Shown here one piece after another: positions 27,015-37,819 of a DNA stretch of 64,000 bases. Position 1 is the first letter of the stretch; the number at the start of each line of letters is the position of its first letter. The position numbers were made by a program, and so were the translations under genes. The notes beneath the pieces are model-generated. The model was given only the letters and a program-made list of their open reading frames with translations. It ran no database searches and was not told where the DNA came from. This DNA is from Nitrosopumilus sp. GTDB lineage: Archaea > Thermoproteota > Nitrososphaeria > Nitrososphaerales > Nitrosopumilaceae. The stretch is from contig JAOMJV010000001.1 in the NCBI GenBank assembly GCA_028351415.1, forward strand, positions 40,898 to 104,897. Reading direction: 5' to 3'.

Positions 27015-28529
27015 TCAAATTGTTTTCATAAATTCTTTTGAATCGTTTTCAATCTGATTTTTTCTTTCTTCTGACATATTTTTAATATTTGAAAATGCTG
27101 TCCACAGTCTTGGATTTTTTTTCAATCTTTCTTGATTTTTTAAAAAAAAGTTCCAATAAAGATAATTAAATGGACATGCATTTTTTCCATTTTTTATTTT
27201 AACATCATACTCACAATTTTTACAATAATCTGACATTTTATTGATATAATTTCCACTTGCAGCATATGGTTTAGAACCAAGAATACCTCCATCTGCGTAA
27301 AGAACCATTCCATGCGTATTAGGTAATTCTACCCATTCAAATGCATCGGCATATACAGACAGATACCAATTGCAAACTTGTTTAGGATTAATTCCTGCAA
27401 TTAATGCAAAATTTCCAGTAATCATTAATCTTTGAATATGATGTGCATATGCTTCTTGCTTTGTTTGATCAATACAACTTTTCATACAGTTCATTTTTGT
27501 TTTTCCAGTCCAGTAAAAATCTGGAAGTTTATTTTTTGCATTTAAAAAATTTGTTTGAGAATATTTTGGCATATAATGCCAATAAATCCCTCTTACGTAT
27601 TCTCTCCACCCTAAAATTTGTCTTACAAATCCTTCAATTGATTCAATTGGTAAGTCTTTATTTTGTAAAACTTTTTGAATTACATCTCGTGGATTTAACA
27701 ATCCTACATTTAGATAAATAGATAAAACTGAATGATAGAGAAATTTTTCATTTTCTTTCATTGCATCTTCATATGGTCCAAAAAATTCTAATCTATTTTT
27801 TATAAAATCCTCTAAACTTTTGATTGCATCCTCTTTAGTTGTTGCAAACCAAAATGGTTCTAAATCTCCAAAATGTTTTGCATATTTTTTTCCTAATTGT
27901 GATATTACGCGCTTTGTAATTTTATCTGGTTTACAAACTAGGGGATTAGGAATTTTTGAGTAGTTTTTTGGTAGTCGTTTTCTATTTTTTATGTCATAAT
28001 TCCATTTTCCACCTATTGGTTTACCATCATTATCAATTAGGATATTGTACTTTTTTCTCATTTTTTGATAAAATAACTCCATTTTGAGTTCTTTTCTTGA
28101 ATTTGCCCAATCTGAAAATTCATCTATTTTACAAAAAAATCTTGAATCCTCTAAAATAGTTACAGGAATTCCCAATATTTTTTCCCATTTTTTTACCTCA
28201 TCTAAAACTCGATATTCACTAGGATGTGTAATTTTGATAGATTTTGGATTGAATTTTTTGCATTGCTGTTCTAGTTCTTTTGTGAAATTTTCCTTTGATT
28301 TATCAAATTCAACATATGTTATATCAAATTTATTTTTTTTAAGTTCATCTGCAAAATGTCGCATTGCACTAAATATCAATACTAATTTTTTTTTGTGATG
28401 GTTTGCATACTCTATTTCATTTGAAACTTCCATCATCAAAATTTTATCTTCATTTTTTCTAATTTTTTCTAATGATGATATTTCAAGAGATAATTGATCT
28501 CCTAAAATAATTATTAAATCACGGACCAA
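27015..28529 (-). CDS. Cryptochrome/photolyase, Fe-S bacterial (6-4) type (PhrB/CryB-like)
   Basis: LILGDQL, HKKKLVLIFSAMRHF, GGKWNYD, YAHHIQRLM, WVELPN, SKPYAASGNYINKMSDYCKNC...CPFN. Confidence 0.93.
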   Translation of the reverse strand: MVRDLIIILGDQLSLEISSLEKIRKNEDKILMMEVSNEIEYANHHKKKLVLIFSAMRHFADELKKNKFDITYVEFDKSKENFTKELEQQCKKFNPKSIKITHPSEYRVLDEVKKWEKILGIPVTILEDSRFFCKIDEFSDWANSRKELKMELFYQKMRKKYNILIDNDGKPIGGKWNYDIKNRKRLPKNYSKIPNPLVCKPDKITKRVISQLGKKYAKHFGDLEPFWFATTKEDAIKSLEDFIKNRLEFFGPYEDAMKENEKFLYHSVLSIYLNVGLLNPRDVIQKVLQNKDLPIESIEGFVRQILGWREYVRGIYWHYMPKYSQTNFLNAKNKLPDFYWTGKTKMNCMKSCIDQTKQEAYAHHIQRLMITGNFALIAGINPKQVCNWYLSVYADAFEWVELPNTHGMVLYADGGILGSKPYAASGNYINKMSDYCKNCEYDVKIKNGKNACPFNYLYWNFFLKNQERLKKNPRLWTAFSNIKNMSEERKNQIENDSKEFMKTI

Positions 28530-28597
28530 AGTTAATCATTTTTAATTCAATTTCTTAATTTATTACCCTTATTCTAAATTACAAAACTTTTTGATAA

Positions 28598-29239
28598 TTA
28601 ATTAGATGATTCTGCTCTAATCAATTTAAAAATGGCATTAATAATTGCTGAAGCTGAAGAGCTTCCCCCTTTTCTTCCTAAATTAGTGATAAACGGAGTT
28701 CCTTCCAACTTTGATAATTCTTCTTTTGATTCTGGGGCACAGATGAATCCAACTGGAATTCCTATTATTAATGCCGGTTTCACTATTCCTTCCTTTACCA
28801 TTTCAATTACTTCCATTAATGCCGTTGGTGCATTTCCTATAGCTACTATGCCTCCATCAATGTCATCTTTTGCAACTCGCATTGAAACTTGAGAACGTGT
28901 TTTACCTTCATCTTTTGCTTGTTGCATGATTTCTGGTTTTGATATGTTACAAACTATGTTATTGCCAAAATCTTTTGGATTTTGTTTGTTGAGTCCACCT
29001 ATTACTCCATTAACATCTACTACTATACTGCATCCATTTTTTAAAGCATTCATACCACTTTCTATTGCATCTTTTTGAAAAATGAGCCTATTTTTATCAG
29101 CAAAATCAAAATCTGCAGTAGAATGAATTATTCTTCTTACAATAGGCCATTCCTTTTGATTATAATTATGTGATCCAATTTCATCTTCAATCATTCTCAT
29201 ACTTGCATCTTCAATTGATTGGCCTTTCTTAGTTTGCAT
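28598..29239 (-). CDS. cbiC: Precorrin-8X/cobalt-precorrin-8 methylmutase
   Basis: RRIIHSTADF, AIGNAPTAL, GIPVGF, GRKGGS. Confidence 0.94.
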   Translation of the reverse strand: MQTKKGQSIEDASMRMIEDEIGSHNYNQKEWPIVRRIIHSTADFDFADKNRLIFQKDAIESGMNALKNGCSIVVDVNGVIGGLNKQNPKDFGNNIVCNISKPEIMQQAKDEGKTRSQVSMRVAKDDIDGGIVAIGNAPTALMEVIEMVKEGIVKPALIIGIPVGFICAPESKEELSKLEGTPFITNLGRKGGSSSASAIINAIFKLIRAESSN

Positions 29240-29981
29240 TCTCTACCTCCTCTGCTCTTTCTAATATTAAATCTATCATTTTTTGATCTGTTCCGATATG
29301 TTTTGTAATGTAGCTTTTTTTAATCGTAGATTTTTCTAAGGCTGGTATTAAGTCATTATTGACATCTGTTTTTACATGAGCTCCTTCATGAAGAAAATAA
29401 AATACATTTACTAAAACATTGGGATTGTTCTTTTCACAAGTTTTAATTCCTTCAAAAATATCTGGCTGTTCTATTTCTAACCATACTCTATTTACATTTC
29501 TATAATTATTTTTTAACCCATTTACAACATAATCTAATGATCTTTGTGCATTAGGATCCACACTTCCATGACCAATGACCATTACGTCTACGTCTTTATT
29601 TTCAAGAGTAATTTGATTTTCTTTTAGTGTTGTGTCTATTCTATTCTTGACTATTTCCACCAAAGTTTTATGCATCATCATTGGTTTAGTGACAAGAAAT
29701 TTAATTTTAGTATCTTTTTGAAATTTCATTACATCTGTAACTGCATTTTTTACTTTTTTACCTGGGTATAGGAAATATGGAACTATTGTAAGTGAATCAA
29801 TATCTTGTTTTAGACATTTCTCAATTCCATCTTCAATGTATGGTGGTTCAACTTCTAAAAAACAAAAATCAACAAAATTATAATCTCCTTTAGCCTTAAT
29901 TCCGTCGCATATTGCCTCTAATTCTTCAGATGCCTCTCTTTGTCGACTCCCTCTGTCTATTATTAATAATCCTCGTTTCAT
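29229..29981 (-). CDS. cbiX: Sirohydrochlorin cobaltochelatase, two-domain CbiX
   Basis: Duplicated (D/G)(R/H)GS...FLE..P...P(Y)FL..G motifs; located in the B12 operon. Confidence 0.88.
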   Translation of the reverse strand: MKRGLLIIDRGSRQREASEELEAICDGIKAKGDYNFVDFCFLEVEPPYIEDGIEKCLKQDIDSLTIVPYFLYPGKKVKNAVTDVMKFQKDTKIKFLVTKPMMMHKTLVEIVKNRIDTTLKENQITLENKDVDVMVIGHGSVDPNAQRSLDYVVNGLKNNYRNVNRVWLEIEQPDIFEGIKTCEKNNPNVLVNVFYFLHEGAHVKTDVNNDLIPALEKSTIKKSYITKHIGTDQKMIDLILERAEEVENAN

Positions 29982-31036
29982 TCTATCTTCCTCGCAATTG
30001 CTATTGTTAAATTTGGTGGAAATTTTTGCTTTTCTACAATCAATTTTCCATTTGATACTTTAATTGCAGCAGCTTCAGAAACACTTGCTGTTCCTTCAAA
30101 TGCTTTAACTGTACTAGATGGATTTGGAGTTATTATTTCAGCAAGTTCTTCTCTATCTACATATTCCACAGGTATTTCCATTTCTTTTCCAAGATCAATT
30201 AATCCTTGAACATCTTCAGGTTTTTTTATTGAAACCAATTTTGCAATACATTTTGAACTTAGATTAAATTTTTCTAAACAATCTTCTATTCCTTCTCTGA
30301 TTGTATCTTTTGTTGTATCCCAATGTAGCCCAATACCAATAACTAAACTTTGAGGACGATATATTACAGATTCTTGAGCTAATTCATCATCAATGATTGC
30401 ATCAGAAATTATTAGATGCGCTTTGGAATTTGATTTTTTTAATTCTTCTAAATTATCATAGATTGTAACATTTTTTGGTAATTCTTTATACCATTTTGTA
30501 TTACCTGCTTGTTGAAAAACACCAATTGGTTCTGAATTTACCATATGTGCACTAATTTTAGTTACAGTTGTTTCATCATCAATTTTCCAGCCAAATTGCC
30601 TACCTACCAAATCCACTACAATTGTTTTGTTTACATCTGCAGCAGTTGTTATCACGGGTAGTGCATTTAATTTTTCAGAAATTTCTTGTGTTAATTCATT
30701 TGCTCCACCAATGTGCCCTGATAATACACTGATTACAAAAGTCATTTTATCATCAATAACAATCACTGCAGGATCTGTTTTCTTATCTTTCAAATGCGGT
30801 GCAATTAATCTAATTACTGCACCTAATGAAAATAAGCAAATTAATGCATTAGAATTTTTAAAAAGTTCAATAATTTTATCTGATGTGGGCTCAGAATACC
30901 ATGTAATACTGTTATTTGCATTTGATAATTTACTTGGTGCAAAAATATTCCAATCAGGGAATAATTCTTTTAATTTTCCTCCAATATTGACTCCATTTTT
31001 AGTAATTGCAAGAACTGATACATTTTCCATACTCAA
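29978..31036 (-). CDS. cbiG: Cobalt-precorrin-5A hydrolase
   Basis: GAVIRLIAP..DKKTDPAVIVID, LSGHIGGAN, ITTA, SVSEAAA. Confidence 0.93.
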   Translation of the reverse strand: MSMENVSVLAITKNGVNIGGKLKELFPDWNIFAPSKLSNANNSITWYSEPTSDKIIELFKNSNALICLFSLGAVIRLIAPHLKDKKTDPAVIVIDDKMTFVISVLSGHIGGANELTQEISEKLNALPVITTAADVNKTIVVDLVGRQFGWKIDDETTVTKISAHMVNSEPIGVFQQAGNTKWYKELPKNVTIYDNLEELKKSNSKAHLIISDAIIDDELAQESVIYRPQSLVIGIGLHWDTTKDTIREGIEDCLEKFNLSSKCIAKLVSIKKPEDVQGLIDLGKEMEIPVEYVDREELAEIITPNPSSTVKAFEGTASVSEAAAIKVSNGKLIVEKQKFPPNLTIAIARKIE

Positions 31037-31061
31037 AACTTTCTCACTTTAATAAAATACC

Positions 31062-32150
31062 TTACTCTTGTGATTCTCTAGCAAGAATTTCTCCTTCAAA
31101 ATCAAATAATATTACATCTATTGGAACTTTTTCTTCAGAATGTTTTCTCATGTGTTTGTAAGTTTCACTACAAATTAGTTCAAAAAATCCAGTTATACTA
31201 TTTTCTTTAATAATTTCTGAAACATGTCTAGCTGTGTTTGCTTTTTTAATACTCTGAATAATTTTTTCATCTGCATTTGCTTTTTTTGCTAATTCTGATA
31301 AAAAGTTCATATCTACTTTTGATCCTTTAACATGAGTTTGTTTAACACCTGCAGCCATTTTTGCAAGTTTTCCAATAAATCCAACCACATACGCTTTTTT
31401 GATATCTTTTCTACCGCATTGTTGTATTGTATATCCTGAAAAGTCTCCCATTTGTACAAAACAATGTACTGGTAAGTCAACAATTTTTTTTGCATATTCT
31501 TCACTTCTTCCACCAGTTGTTAATACTACAGTTTTATTTCCTGCTGCAATCGCAACATCCAAATTTTGTCTAATTGATGCTGCATACGATGCTGTTGAAA
31601 ATGGAATTACAATTCCACTAGTTCCTAAAATTGAAATCCCATTTCTGATACCTAATCTAGGATTGTCAGTTTTTGGAGCTAATTCTTTTCCTTTTGGAAC
31701 TGAAATTACAACTTTAATTCCTTTTTTTTCAAGAATTTCTTTTCCAATGTCTCTTAAATTCTCATTAATCATTTTTTTAGGTACGGGATTAATTGCAGGT
31801 TTTCCTATTTCTAAACCCAAACCTTGCTTTGTAACTATTCCAACACCTTCAGCTCCATCAATATCAATTTCATTTATTTTTTCTGTTAATGATAATTCGA
31901 CAATAATTTCTGCACCATGAGTTACATCTGGATCGTCTCCACCATTTTTTATAACAGAACATTTTGCTTTATCATTTTTAAATTCACAAGAGTGTATTGG
32001 AATTTGAATAAAGGATCTTCTAGGTAAAATAATACTGACATTTTGAATCTTTTCTTGATTAATAATTGATAGTAGTGCTGTTTTTGCAGCTGCAGTCGCA
32101 CAACTTCCAGTAGTATAACCTGTTTTTAATTTAATTTTTTCTTCTACCAT
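31062..32150 (-). CDS. cbiD: Cobalt-precorrin-5B C1-methyltransferase
   Basis: GYTTGSCATAAAK, GDDPDVTHG, AINPVP, NPRLGI..GISILGTSGIV. Confidence 0.95.
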   Translation of the reverse strand: MVEEKIKLKTGYTTGSCATAAAKTALLSIINQEKIQNVSIILPRRSFIQIPIHSCEFKNDKAKCSVIKNGGDDPDVTHGAEIIVELSLTEKINEIDIDGAEGVGIVTKQGLGLEIGKPAINPVPKKMINENLRDIGKEILEKKGIKVVISVPKGKELAPKTDNPRLGIRNGISILGTSGIVIPFSTASYAASIRQNLDVAIAAGNKTVVLTTGGRSEEYAKKIVDLPVHCFVQMGDFSGYTIQQCGRKDIKKAYVVGFIGKLAKMAAGVKQTHVKGSKVDMNFLSELAKKANADEKIIQSIKKANTARHVSEIIKENSITGFFELICSETYKHMRKHSEEKVPIDVILFDFEGEILARESQE

Positions 32151-32243
32151 GACTCTTTAATTCATTTTCTAGTATTAACTCTTATTTCATTATTTTAAAA
32201 ATTCTCTGAATAGATTTAAAATTAAAAGTAATTTAACATAATT

Positions 32244-33113
32244 ATGGCTGAACGTATCAAAGTAGTTGTTACTGGGGCAAATGGATTTATTGCAAAAAAT
32301 CTTAGGAAATATTTATCTGAAAATAATGTTGATTTAATTTCAATTTCACGAACTAATTTTAAAGAATATGATAATGAAGTTAAAATAATTTCAAAAAGTT
32401 ATGATGAAAAAATTATTATTAATAAAATTAAAAATTCTGATGTATTAATTCATCTTGTAGGGATTGGAAAGCAGTCTATCCATATTGACTATGAAATGAT
32501 AAATGTTGAATTTACAAAACATATTGTAGATTTAGCTAAAAAAGCAAAAATTAAAAAAATTATCTACAATAGTGGTCTTGGAGTTTCTAGTAAAACTTCA
32601 GTAGGATACTTCATCTCTAAATATAAAGCAGAAAAAATTATTATGAATTCTGGTTTAAACTACACTGTTTTTAGACCTTCATATATTGTTGGAAAGGATG
32701 ATTTATTTACAAAATTTTTAAAAAAACAGATTAAACTCAAAATAATTGAAATTCCAGGTTCTGGAAATTATTCAATCCAACCAATTTTTATCAATGATGT
32801 GGTGAAAGTTTTTCTTCAATCCCTTGATCAAATTAAATTTAAAAATAAAATAATTGATCTTGTTGGTCCTGACTATCTTACATTTGAACAATATGTGAAA
32901 CTTTTTTCTAAAAATACTGGGACAAAAATAAAAAAAATCAATTTAGAAAATGCATATTATGATGCTATAACTAATTCAAAATCTAATTTTGGAGTAGATG
33001 ATTTGAATATTCTAATTGGTGATTTCAAAGGAAATTATAATAAATTACAAAAAATAACTAAAATAAAATTTGAATCTGTTATAGAATTATTAAAGTCCGG
33101 CAGATTGCTTTAA
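32244..33113 (+). CDS. NAD-dependent epimerase/dehydratase (atypical SDR)
   Basis: [23 protein letters not shown]. Confidence 0.88.
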   Translation: MAERIKVVVTGANGFIAKNLRKYLSENNVDLISISRTNFKEYDNEVKIISKSYDEKIIINKIKNSDVLIHLVGIGKQSIHIDYEMINVEFTKHIVDLAKKAKIKKIIYNSGLGVSSKTSVGYFISKYKAEKIIMNSGLNYTVFRPSYIVGKDDLFTKFLKKQIKLKIIEIPGSGNYSIQPIFINDVVKVFLQSLDQIKFKNKIIDLVGPDYLTFEQYVKLFSKNTGTKIKKINLENAYYDAITNSKSNFGVDDLNILIGDFKGNYNKLQKITKIKFESVIELLKSGRLL

Positions 33114-34256
33114 TGTTTCTGCCTTGTCCGTTTTTTCCCAAGTGAATTCTGGTTCATTTCTTCCAAAATGACCATATGCTGCTGTTTTTTTATAAATTGG
33201 TCTTTTCAAATCTAATTGTGAAATAATACCTGATGGTTTCATATCAAAATTCTTTCTAACTAATTCTTCTATTTGATTTTCTGGAATTTTATTTGTCCCA
33301 AAAGTATTAACATAAAGTGACACTGGTTCAGCTACACCGATTGCATATGCAACTTGAACTTCACATCTATCAGCAAATTTGGCTGCAACAAGATTCTTTG
33401 CAATATATCTACACATGTAACATGCTGATCTATCTACTTTGGATGGATCTTTTCCTGAGAAAGCTCCGCCTCCATGTCTTCCAAACCCACCATAGGTATC
33501 CACAATTATTTTTCTTCCAGTTAAACCTGCATCCCCGTGAGGTCCTCCAATCACAAATATTCCTGTAGGGTTAATGTGAATTTTAATTTCATCATTCCAA
33601 AGATTTCCTAAAACTGGTTTGATTACTTTATGGATAATTTGATTTGAAATTTCTTCTTGAGAAATTTCAGGTGCATGCTGTGTTGATATTACAACTGTTT
33701 CTATTTTTGTTGGTTTATCGTTTTCATATTTTACTGAAACTTGTGATTTACCATCTGGTCTTACCCATGCTAATGTTTTATTTCGTCTAACTTCGGATAG
33801 TTTCTGAATAAGTTTATGAGCTAACAAGATTGGCATAGGCATTAATTCTTCAGTTTCATTTGTTGCATAGCCAAACATTAATCCTTGATCTCCTGCACCC
33901 TGTTCTTTTTCTTCAGTTGCTGTTACCCCTTGACTGATGTCGGGACTTTGTGAATGTAATCTTAAGTCAACTTTGCAAGTATCGCCATCAAACATCAATT
34001 CTTTGTCGTTATATCCAATATCCCTAATGGTTTTTCTAACTAATTCTTCTTGGGCTTTTTTATCAAAAATTGCTTTAGATGTAACTTCACCAGACACTAC
34101 AACAAAATCTGTTGTCACCATTGTTTCAACTGCTACTCTTGAATTTGGATCTTGCTTTAGATATTCGTCTAAAAATGCATCTGAAATATTATCACATATT
34201 TTATCTGGATGACCTTCTGTTACTGATTCTGATGTAAATAGAAAATTATTAGTCAT
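33090..34256 (-). CDS. metK: S-adenosylmethionine synthetase, bacterial/eukaryotic type
   Basis: [35 protein letters not shown]. Confidence 0.97.
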   Translation of the reverse strand: MTNNFLFTSESVTEGHPDKICDNISDAFLDEYLKQDPNSRVAVETMVTTDFVVVSGEVTSKAIFDKKAQEELVRKTIRDIGYNDKELMFDGDTCKVDLRLHSQSPDISQGVTATEEKEQGAGDQGLMFGYATNETEELMPMPILLAHKLIQKLSEVRRNKTLAWVRPDGKSQVSVKYENDKPTKIETVVISTQHAPEISQEEISNQIIHKVIKPVLGNLWNDEIKIHINPTGIFVIGGPHGDAGLTGRKIIVDTYGGFGRHGGGAFSGKDPSKVDRSACYMCRYIAKNLVAAKFADRCEVQVAYAIGVAEPVSLYVNTFGTNKIPENQIEELVRKNFDMKPSGIISQLDLKRPIYKKTAAYGHFGRNEPEFTWEKTDKAETLKQSAGL

Positions 34257-34275
34257 AAAAGCACTTAAAATTTAA

Positions 34276-34521
34276 TTAAAGTTCATTTTCTAATTTAATA
34301 AATAATACATTATTTCCTCTGACAATTACTCTACCATAGTGTGCAATGGTTTTGCCAGAATGAATTTCTTCTGCATCTGTCATTATTAAATTCATGTAAG
34401 AATCAACATTATCCATTTTACCCTTATATTCAACCTCATTTTTTAATCTAACCAAAACTTTTTTCTTTGTACTTTTTTGAAGTACTGCTAATGGTCTTTT
34501 TGCGCTATTTGTTTGGGACAC
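34276..34521 (-). CDS. Sm/Lsm-like RNA-binding protein
   Basis: VLVRLKN..YKG..VDSYMNL..AEE..RGNNV. Confidence 0.93.
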   Translation of the reverse strand: MSQTNSAKRPLAVLQKSTKKKVLVRLKNEVEYKGKMDNVDSYMNLIMTDAEEIHSGKTIAHYGRVIVRGNNVLFIKLENEL

Positions 34522-34629
34522 TAATTATTCACTTATTTTCAAAAATTCTTCTCTAGCATAAAAGCCTTGTCAAACTTACTAAAATTATAATTCTTTAAAT
34601 TTTTTCTCGTATTTGTATAAATTGTACAC

Positions 34630-35283
34630 ATGATTAAAACTGGTTTAATAAAAATAGATGATTTTTTATCTGGAGGGATTCCTAATGGTATAATTGTAGA
34701 TGTTTTTGGTGGAAGTGGAACTGGAAAAACTCAGTTACTATTACAATTGTCAATTAATTCAATTAAAAATGGTGGAAATGTTTTGTATTTGGATACCACT
34801 GGTGGATTTAGACCTGAAAGAATATTAGAAATTCAAAAAAAATCTAACATTGATTTTAATTTACTTGATAAGATTACGGTATCCCGAGTTACAAATACGT
34901 CTGAACAAATTAATTCAATTAAAAATCTCCATACAAATAATTTTTCTTTAATTGTAATTGATAATATTACTGATTTATTTTCTTATGAATACAAAAATAA
35001 TGAATCTATCTTTAAAAAAAATTCTTTATTTATGAAATATATGCATGAATTATCATTTTATGCTATTAGTAACAAAATCCCTATTGTAATTACTAATATG
35101 ATTAGAAATATTGGTGACAAGGAAGTTGAAAATATGGCAACTGCAATTGATCTTTTTACACATGTTAAAATTCATCTTTTTAAAAATTCATCACTGTTTA
35201 ATGGACAAATTTATTCGCCTTTCAATAAAGAATCTTTTTCTTATACAATTACAGAATTAGGCCTATCTGATAAAATTTTTTAA
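34630..35283 (+). CDS. RadB/RadA-paralog RecA-family ATPase
   Basis: IKTG..IDDFLSGGI, GGSGTGKT, DTTGGFRPERI; lacks the N-terminal HhH domain. Confidence 0.88.
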   Translation: MIKTGLIKIDDFLSGGIPNGIIVDVFGGSGTGKTQLLLQLSINSIKNGGNVLYLDTTGGFRPERILEIQKKSNIDFNLLDKITVSRVTNTSEQINSIKNLHTNNFSLIVIDNITDLFSYEYKNNESIFKKNSLFMKYMHELSFYAISNKIPIVITNMIRNIGDKEVENMATAIDLFTHVKIHLFKNSSLFNGQIYSPFNKESFSYTITELGLSDKIF

Positions 35284-36683
35284 TTTTTCTTTTTAATTTT
35301 TGAATGTGCTGTTAGAAATAATTCTATTCTGCCCTCTCCAAAATTATTTGCTTTTGCATTTAATCCTGTAATTGAAATAATTTCACCTTGTTCACATTTA
35401 TCAATTAATTTTGCTTGAATTCTCCATCCTTTTACCCAAATTTGGCCTGTATCATCTTCAACAAACATTTCTGAAAGTGCAATTGATTCACCTGATTTAG
35501 TTTGTATCTCACGCCTTTCAGGAGCTTTCAATACTATGGATTCAATACAATAAGTTCCATCAACTTTTACATCACTAATTTTTGTTCGAATTTTAGATAA
35601 TGATGGAATGGTCTCATCATTATCTAATTTTCTTACAAATGAATTTTCATCTAATGTAATTGAATTACCGTAAACTTTTGATGGCATGCATTCAATTACA
35701 TCTCCTTCAACACAGTCAGTCGTTGAATTTGAAAAATCACTAATATTGTAAATATTTTTTTCACTATCTGTTGCTATAATCATATTTTTTCCAGCTTCAG
35801 TTACTGTAATTGATAAAATTCTAGTAATAATTGGTTCTGCCTCTTTTCCACCTTCAATTTCAATCATTGTTGATTCATTACCATGAATTTCTAATTCTTG
35901 ATTTCCTGATTTGACTCTAACACCTAATAGTTTCACATTAGCTGATCGTGAAATCATGTTTGGAATTAATGATTCATCTTTACCCCAAAGAACTACTCTC
36001 ATTGCAGTGTTGTCTTTTCCTTTTAGTCTCATTCTGAGTGCTTTTCCAGGCTGACCTCTTGAATTTGTAAATTGCATTCCACTAATTATTCCATCAATCA
36101 TTCCCGATACTACAAGATCTTTTTGTCCTTCTTGTAATTCACTGACATCTTTTGTAATTTTATCAATGAGCGGAATCTGACTCTCTGTATCTATTATTTC
36201 AATATTTGAACCCGAACCAATGTTGATAGTTGCTGAACCATCTAAATCTGATTTTACATAAGCTTGTATAATTTTTATTAAATCACCCGGTTTAAGATTT
36301 TCAATACCTGGCAGATTTGCTTTTTCATCCCATAACTTTACACTTGCTGTGGAATCAGAATCATATACGGTCATTGTTCTTAGATTAAATGTAGAACCAT
36401 CTTTTCTTGAAAATTGCTTTGTAGGTGAAACGTTTAACACTCTTGTTTCCAATGAAATATCTTTTGCCCCTGCATACAGATCCTTTATGTTAATTTCAGT
36501 TTTTGATGACTCTGTTAAAGTAACTCCATAATCTGATGCAATTAGAAATAATGCACCTTGATCGGTTAGGTACCCTGCACCAATTTTTTCCTTTTTTTCT
36601 ACAATTTTTTGATCAATTATTTCTCTGGTTAATTCTGTTTTTTGTTCAAGTAATTTATCAATAAGATTTTGTGATTCTGACAT
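35280..36683 (-). CDS. Multi-OB-fold ssDNA-binding protein (RPA-like)
   Basis: Repeated FSRKDG/FTNSRG/IQTKSG...D.T..V.LW OB motifs. Confidence 0.9.
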   Translation of the reverse strand: MSESQNLIDKLLEQKTELTREIIDQKIVEKKEKIGAGYLTDQGALFLIASDYGVTLTESSKTEINIKDLYAGAKDISLETRVLNVSPTKQFSRKDGSTFNLRTMTVYDSDSTASVKLWDEKANLPGIENLKPGDLIKIIQAYVKSDLDGSATINIGSGSNIEIIDTESQIPLIDKITKDVSELQEGQKDLVVSGMIDGIISGMQFTNSRGQPGKALRMRLKGKDNTAMRVVLWGKDESLIPNMISRSANVKLLGVRVKSGNQELEIHGNESTMIEIEGGKEAEPIITRILSITVTEAGKNMIIATDSEKNIYNISDFSNSTTDCVEGDVIECMPSKVYGNSITLDENSFVRKLDNDETIPSLSKIRTKISDVKVDGTYCIESIVLKAPERREIQTKSGESIALSEMFVEDDTGQIWVKGWRIQAKLIDKCEQGEIISITGLNAKANNFGEGRIELFLTAHSKIKKKN

Positions 36684-36874
36684 TTAATTTTCATAAACAT
36701 ATTGCGTTAATAAAAATTTCATTAATTTTAATAACAATGTTGGACTATTTTCATGATAAAATTTTAAAAATGATCTTTTTCAAATTTTCTTGACTATTTT
36801 TTACAAATAAATCTAAATCATTGATTAATTATCATATGTTATCTCATTACCTAAATTAATAGGAAGATCGCAGT

Positions 36875-37819
36875 TTGATTATGTCCTGCATTGATGTTAA
36901 TCATTTATCAAAATCATACGGTTCGGTAAATGCTGTAAATGATCTTATTTTATCTGTTAAAAGAGGACAGGTTTTTGGATTTTTAGGACCTAATGGTGCT
37001 GGAAAATCAACCACAATCAAACTTCTTACTACTCTAATCAGACCTTCATCAGGCTCACTTTCTATCTTGGGAATAGATGCTATTTTACATCCATTAAAAA
37101 TTCGTGATAAAATTGGGGTTGTACTACAGCAACCCAGTTATGAGCCTACACTGTCTGTAGAAAAATCTCTTGATAAATATGGGATGATGTGGAATATTCC
37201 AAAAACTGAACGTAACAAAAGAATGGAACAACTTTTGACAGATTTTGATTTGGTTGAAATTCGTAAGAAAAGAAACGAGGATCTTTCTATCGGTCAACGA
37301 AGACGAGTACAAGTTGCACGTGAATTTATGCATGATATGGAATTGTTATTTTTAGATGAACCCACTGTTGGATTAGATCCAGAAGCTCGAAGAAAATTAT
37401 TAGATTATTTAAAAAATAAAGTTAAAAGTGGATTAACAATTTTTTATACAACTCATATTCTATCTGAAGCTGAATATCTTTGTGATGAAATAGCTATTAT
37501 TAATAAAGGAAAAATTCTTACTGTCGATTCACCTGATGCCTTAAAAAATAGATTTGGAAAAGAAAAAACAATTAAAATTCATTTGTTAAAAAAACAATCT
37601 AACATTTCTTCTTTATTAGTTGATATTCCAGATTATAAAATTGATTTCAATACTGGTACTACAATCATAATTCATTCAGAACAATCAGAATTAGTATTAC
37701 TTAGAGTATTGAAAATACTTAATGAAAATAATATTGAAATTGAAGATTTATCTGCAGTACCAACAAATCTTGAAGAAATATTTTTAAAAATGATGAAGGA
37801 AAATGCACCCGATAATTAG
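36875..37819 (+). CDS. ABC-2 exporter ATP-binding subunit
   Basis: GPNGAGKST, LSIGQRRR, FLDEPTVGLD. Confidence 0.94.
   Translation: MIMSCIDVNHLSKSYGSVNAVNDLILSVKRGQVFGFLGPNGAGKSTTIKLLTTLIRPSSGSLSILGIDAILHPLKIRDKIGVVLQQPSYEPTLSVEKSLDKYGMMWNIPKTERNKRMEQLLTDFDLVEIRKKRNEDLSIGQRRRVQVAREFMHDMELLFLDEPTVGLDPEARRKLLDYLKNKVKSGLTIFYTTHILSEAEYLCDEIAIINKGKILTVDSPDALKNRFGKEKTIKIHLLKKQSNISSLLVDIPDYKIDFNTGTTIIIHSEQSELVLLRVLKILNENNIEIEDLSAVPTNLEEIFLKMMKENAPDN

Noticed and set aside
24508-32243. Cobalamin riboswitch upstream of the B12 genes
   Set aside because: The upstream intergenic regions are short and AT-rich, with no B12-box-like sequence visible.
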